A DNA stretch of 64,000 bases from Cirrosporium novae-zelandiae. Its lineage: Eukaryota. How positions within the stretch are numbered: position 1 is the first letter of the stretch; each line of letters starts with the position of its first letter. The stretch lies in NCBI GenBank assembly GCA_026023565.1, contig JAPETS010000003.1, positions 62,001 to 126,000 on the forward strand, given 5' to 3'. Position numbers and translations under genes: made by a program. This document shows positions 61,459-64,000 of the stretch, in pieces. A model generated the notes under the pieces. It was not told where the DNA came from, did not search any database, and saw nothing but the letters and a program-made list of their open reading frames with translations.

Positions 61459-62236
61459 GTTGGAATTCCAGGCCAGGCACTTACTAGTGTGTGGTTGGTG
61501 AAGGTAGCTAGGATTTAACTGTAACCAGCCCCTCCCACCTTCTCCTACTTAGAATAAAAAATCAATGAAGCGCACATATATAGCCACATTTTCAACATCC
61601 CATACTCCAAAAGGCAAAGGTATTTCTATAAGATTGATTGCTGGAGTTCACAAAATAGCCTAGGAATAATTTAGGCAACAACTTAGCGAATAGTCTAATT
61701 GAACGTACTTACTACAGTATCGAGGTCCATTCCCATCTACCCCCCTCCAAAACTCCCCACATTAACAAATTCTACAATCTTAAATCTTAACTAATTTAAA
61801 AAAAAACCCTTACGAAAAAAACCTTCGAATCCCTCTCTCCTCATCCCGAATTTCCCTTTACGATTTCTATCCCTAGTTAGAATAGAATGAGTGATGCAAA
61901 AGCGCGAGGCATGTCATAGCTTCACGTAGAAGGGGATTGGAGGGTGAAGTACTCAAAAGAATATGAAGATAACGGTCATGTTATGGCTTGAGGTTGGCTT
62001 AGGGTTTATGTGATGTCATTCCCCAGCATCATGTGGCTGAAGCTTCCAGCCCCATGCCTTAGTGCTTCAGGTGTCCTCGGCGCCTGAGGCCTTGTGTCCT
62101 GAAATTATCATCCATCAACCATGAACTTAGAGAATCCCACGCCTTCCCCAAAACTGACATTTATTTCTATTTCTCTAATCAATTACATTCCTTCTCCTTT
62201 TCTATCCAGGTATGCTGAAATTTCTTTCTATGCGGA

Positions 62237-63690
62237 ATGAAGAAAACACTCCTTCTGTGCTTTATCCACGGCTTCAAAGTATGTCCTCAATCCCGCCACT
62301 TGGTTCTTTTTGAGAAACACCATGCAGTACCTGTGCAGCTGCATTTTTACGTCTACAAGCCTAAATCTAACACGTTTTACTTCTTCAGGGGGGCGATGAT
62401 ACATTTGGGGGATTTCCAAAACACCTTCGCAATCTCATCAGTCAAGAGCTTCCTCATCTAGATGTCCAAGCCGTGACATATCCCAAATTCGAGACTCGAG
62501 GAGACCTCAATGACTGCGTGGCTAAGTTTCGAGAATGGTATGAGAAAAAAGACGATATGCAATTGGCTTCGTCGAAGCTTTGGAATCCAGAATTGCCCAA
62601 CGAACATTGACAAGCTAACGTCCACCGTGTCCACAGGCTCCAAAACCGAGTTATCGATATCGAGGTCGCCCACTCGACCCCCAGCCCTACAGTCGATCCC
62701 TCGGTTCGAGTAATCCTGATAGGCCATTCCATGGGCGGCATCGTAGCCGCAGAGACCATTCTTTCAATCATCTCGGAACAGCCTATATACAGCAGTCCCC
62801 CGGCCCCAATGAATTCGACCGAAATGAGCGACGCTGAGTCAGACGACACCCCGCCGCTTCTCATGTTCCCCTACATCCAAGGTCTGCTCGCATTCGACAC
62901 ACCCTACCTTGGCATAAACCCGGGCATGGTCGCACAAGGCGCAGAGGGCCACTACAGAACCGCCTCAACGGCGTACAACGCTTTCACAGAAGCGGCCTCT
63001 TTCTTTGGCGGCTGGGGCGCTAGCAAAGCTACGACCAACACCGAAATAAAATCTGCCGGCGCCTTACCCGCACCCCCCTCCTCATCCTCCCCCACCAATG
63101 GAAAATCCTCAAAAAGACCCTGGAGCACCTACGGCAAATTCGCCCTCGTCGCAGGAGCCGCCTCTGCCGCCGCAGGCGCCCTCTACACCCAACGCACCCA
63201 CCTAACTGCTGGCTGGAGCTTTGTAACCTCGCACCTAGAATTCGTCGGCTGCCTCGCCCGTGGCGAAGAACTCCGCCAACGCCTCACCCGCATCCTCAAC
63301 TTCTCCCGAACATCGGGCCTCGGCTTCGCTGAACTCTACACCTGTCTCTCGGACGAGAAACCCCAACACAAACACAACGAATACTCAGATGCGGCCTTTG
63401 GGAAGGAGAGGACGTTCTGCTCGGTCCCAAAGGAGGGCAGCGAGATGAGGAAGGGGATTTGGTGGAAGGAGGTTAATGAGAAAGCGAAAGATGAGACCAT
63501 AGCACATATGAGCATGTTTTTTCCAGAGGATAATCCTAGATATTTTGGAATGTGTGAAAGGGCAAGGGGGTTGGTTGTTGGGTGGGTTAAGGAGGGCTGG
63601 GTTGGTGCTGTGGTTGATGCTGAGGTTGATGCTAAGGTTGATGTTGAGGAGGATCAGAGGTCCGACATCGCCACCGTTGGTGCTCCTTGA
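62237..63690 (+). CDS. DUF676-type alpha/beta-hydrolase (putative lipase/serine esterase)
   Basis: Exons MKKTLLLCFIHGFK / GGDDTFGGFP...YPKFETRGDL..FREW / LQNRVID...VILIGHSMGGIVAAE...LLAFDTPYLG; intact GxSxG nucleophile elbow. Confidence 0.88.
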
Positions 63691-64000
63691 GGGGGCTCCA
63701 ACCAAATCCAATCCAGCTAATCGGTAGACTACGAAATCACAACTACAAACACACAAACCCCGAATTTATATGAGCACATCATACCCCCCGACAGAAGAAG
63801 CCAGAATGAAAGAGCAAAAAAACAAACACAAGATCCCAGAAACATCATGGCATGAATGATTGAATGACGGGCGGACGAACGGGCGCACAGACGCGTGGGT
63901 GGATGATATGACATGGGCGAATACACAGAACGAAAGGAAGGGAAGAGAGGGAGGAAGCACGGTACCCCTTATTCATTCCCTAGATTCCCTATAAACCTAA

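Noticed and set aside
1..64000. tRNA, rRNA or CRISPR arrays
   Set aside because: No cloverleaf/T-loop context, rRNA-like segment or repeat-spacer array noticed by eye; tRNAscan-SE and Infernal would be needed to exclude small RNAs.

Overview
Genomic DNA from a filamentous ascomycete (Pezizomycotina-type), with short GT-AG introns, CTRAY branch sites and long low-complexity intergenic tracts. About 20 genes or pseudogenes can be reconstructed by hand; most short ORFs in the supplied track are spurious. The middle holds conserved genes: SDR, Zn2Cys6 TF, DHA1 MFS, PhzF-like, WDR44-like WD40, OHCU decarboxylase, an ADF-H/PH protein, SWD2, OAC1, a pepsin-like membrane protein, a GPI-type repeat protein and a DUF676 hydrolase. 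Two blocks look like non-self-recognition or cell-death islands. Left end (1-8172): a truncated gene sits head-to-head with a ~300-aa beta-rich protein carrying a pore-former-like amphipathic hairpin. That gene converges on a 7-exon NLR-like gene (degenerate alpha/beta-hydrolase, degenerate NACHT, >20 ankyrins, ZZ zinc finger). This is the best candidate for an undescribed system. Right end (53284-61458): a divergent DUF6594 / tandem-retropepsin pair, both with premature stops, lies near an intact HET-domain gene. A family of short inverted-repeat elements with a GACCA-rich core recurs about 230-300 bp downstream of stop codons. Family assignments rest on motif recognition by eye; no database search was run.
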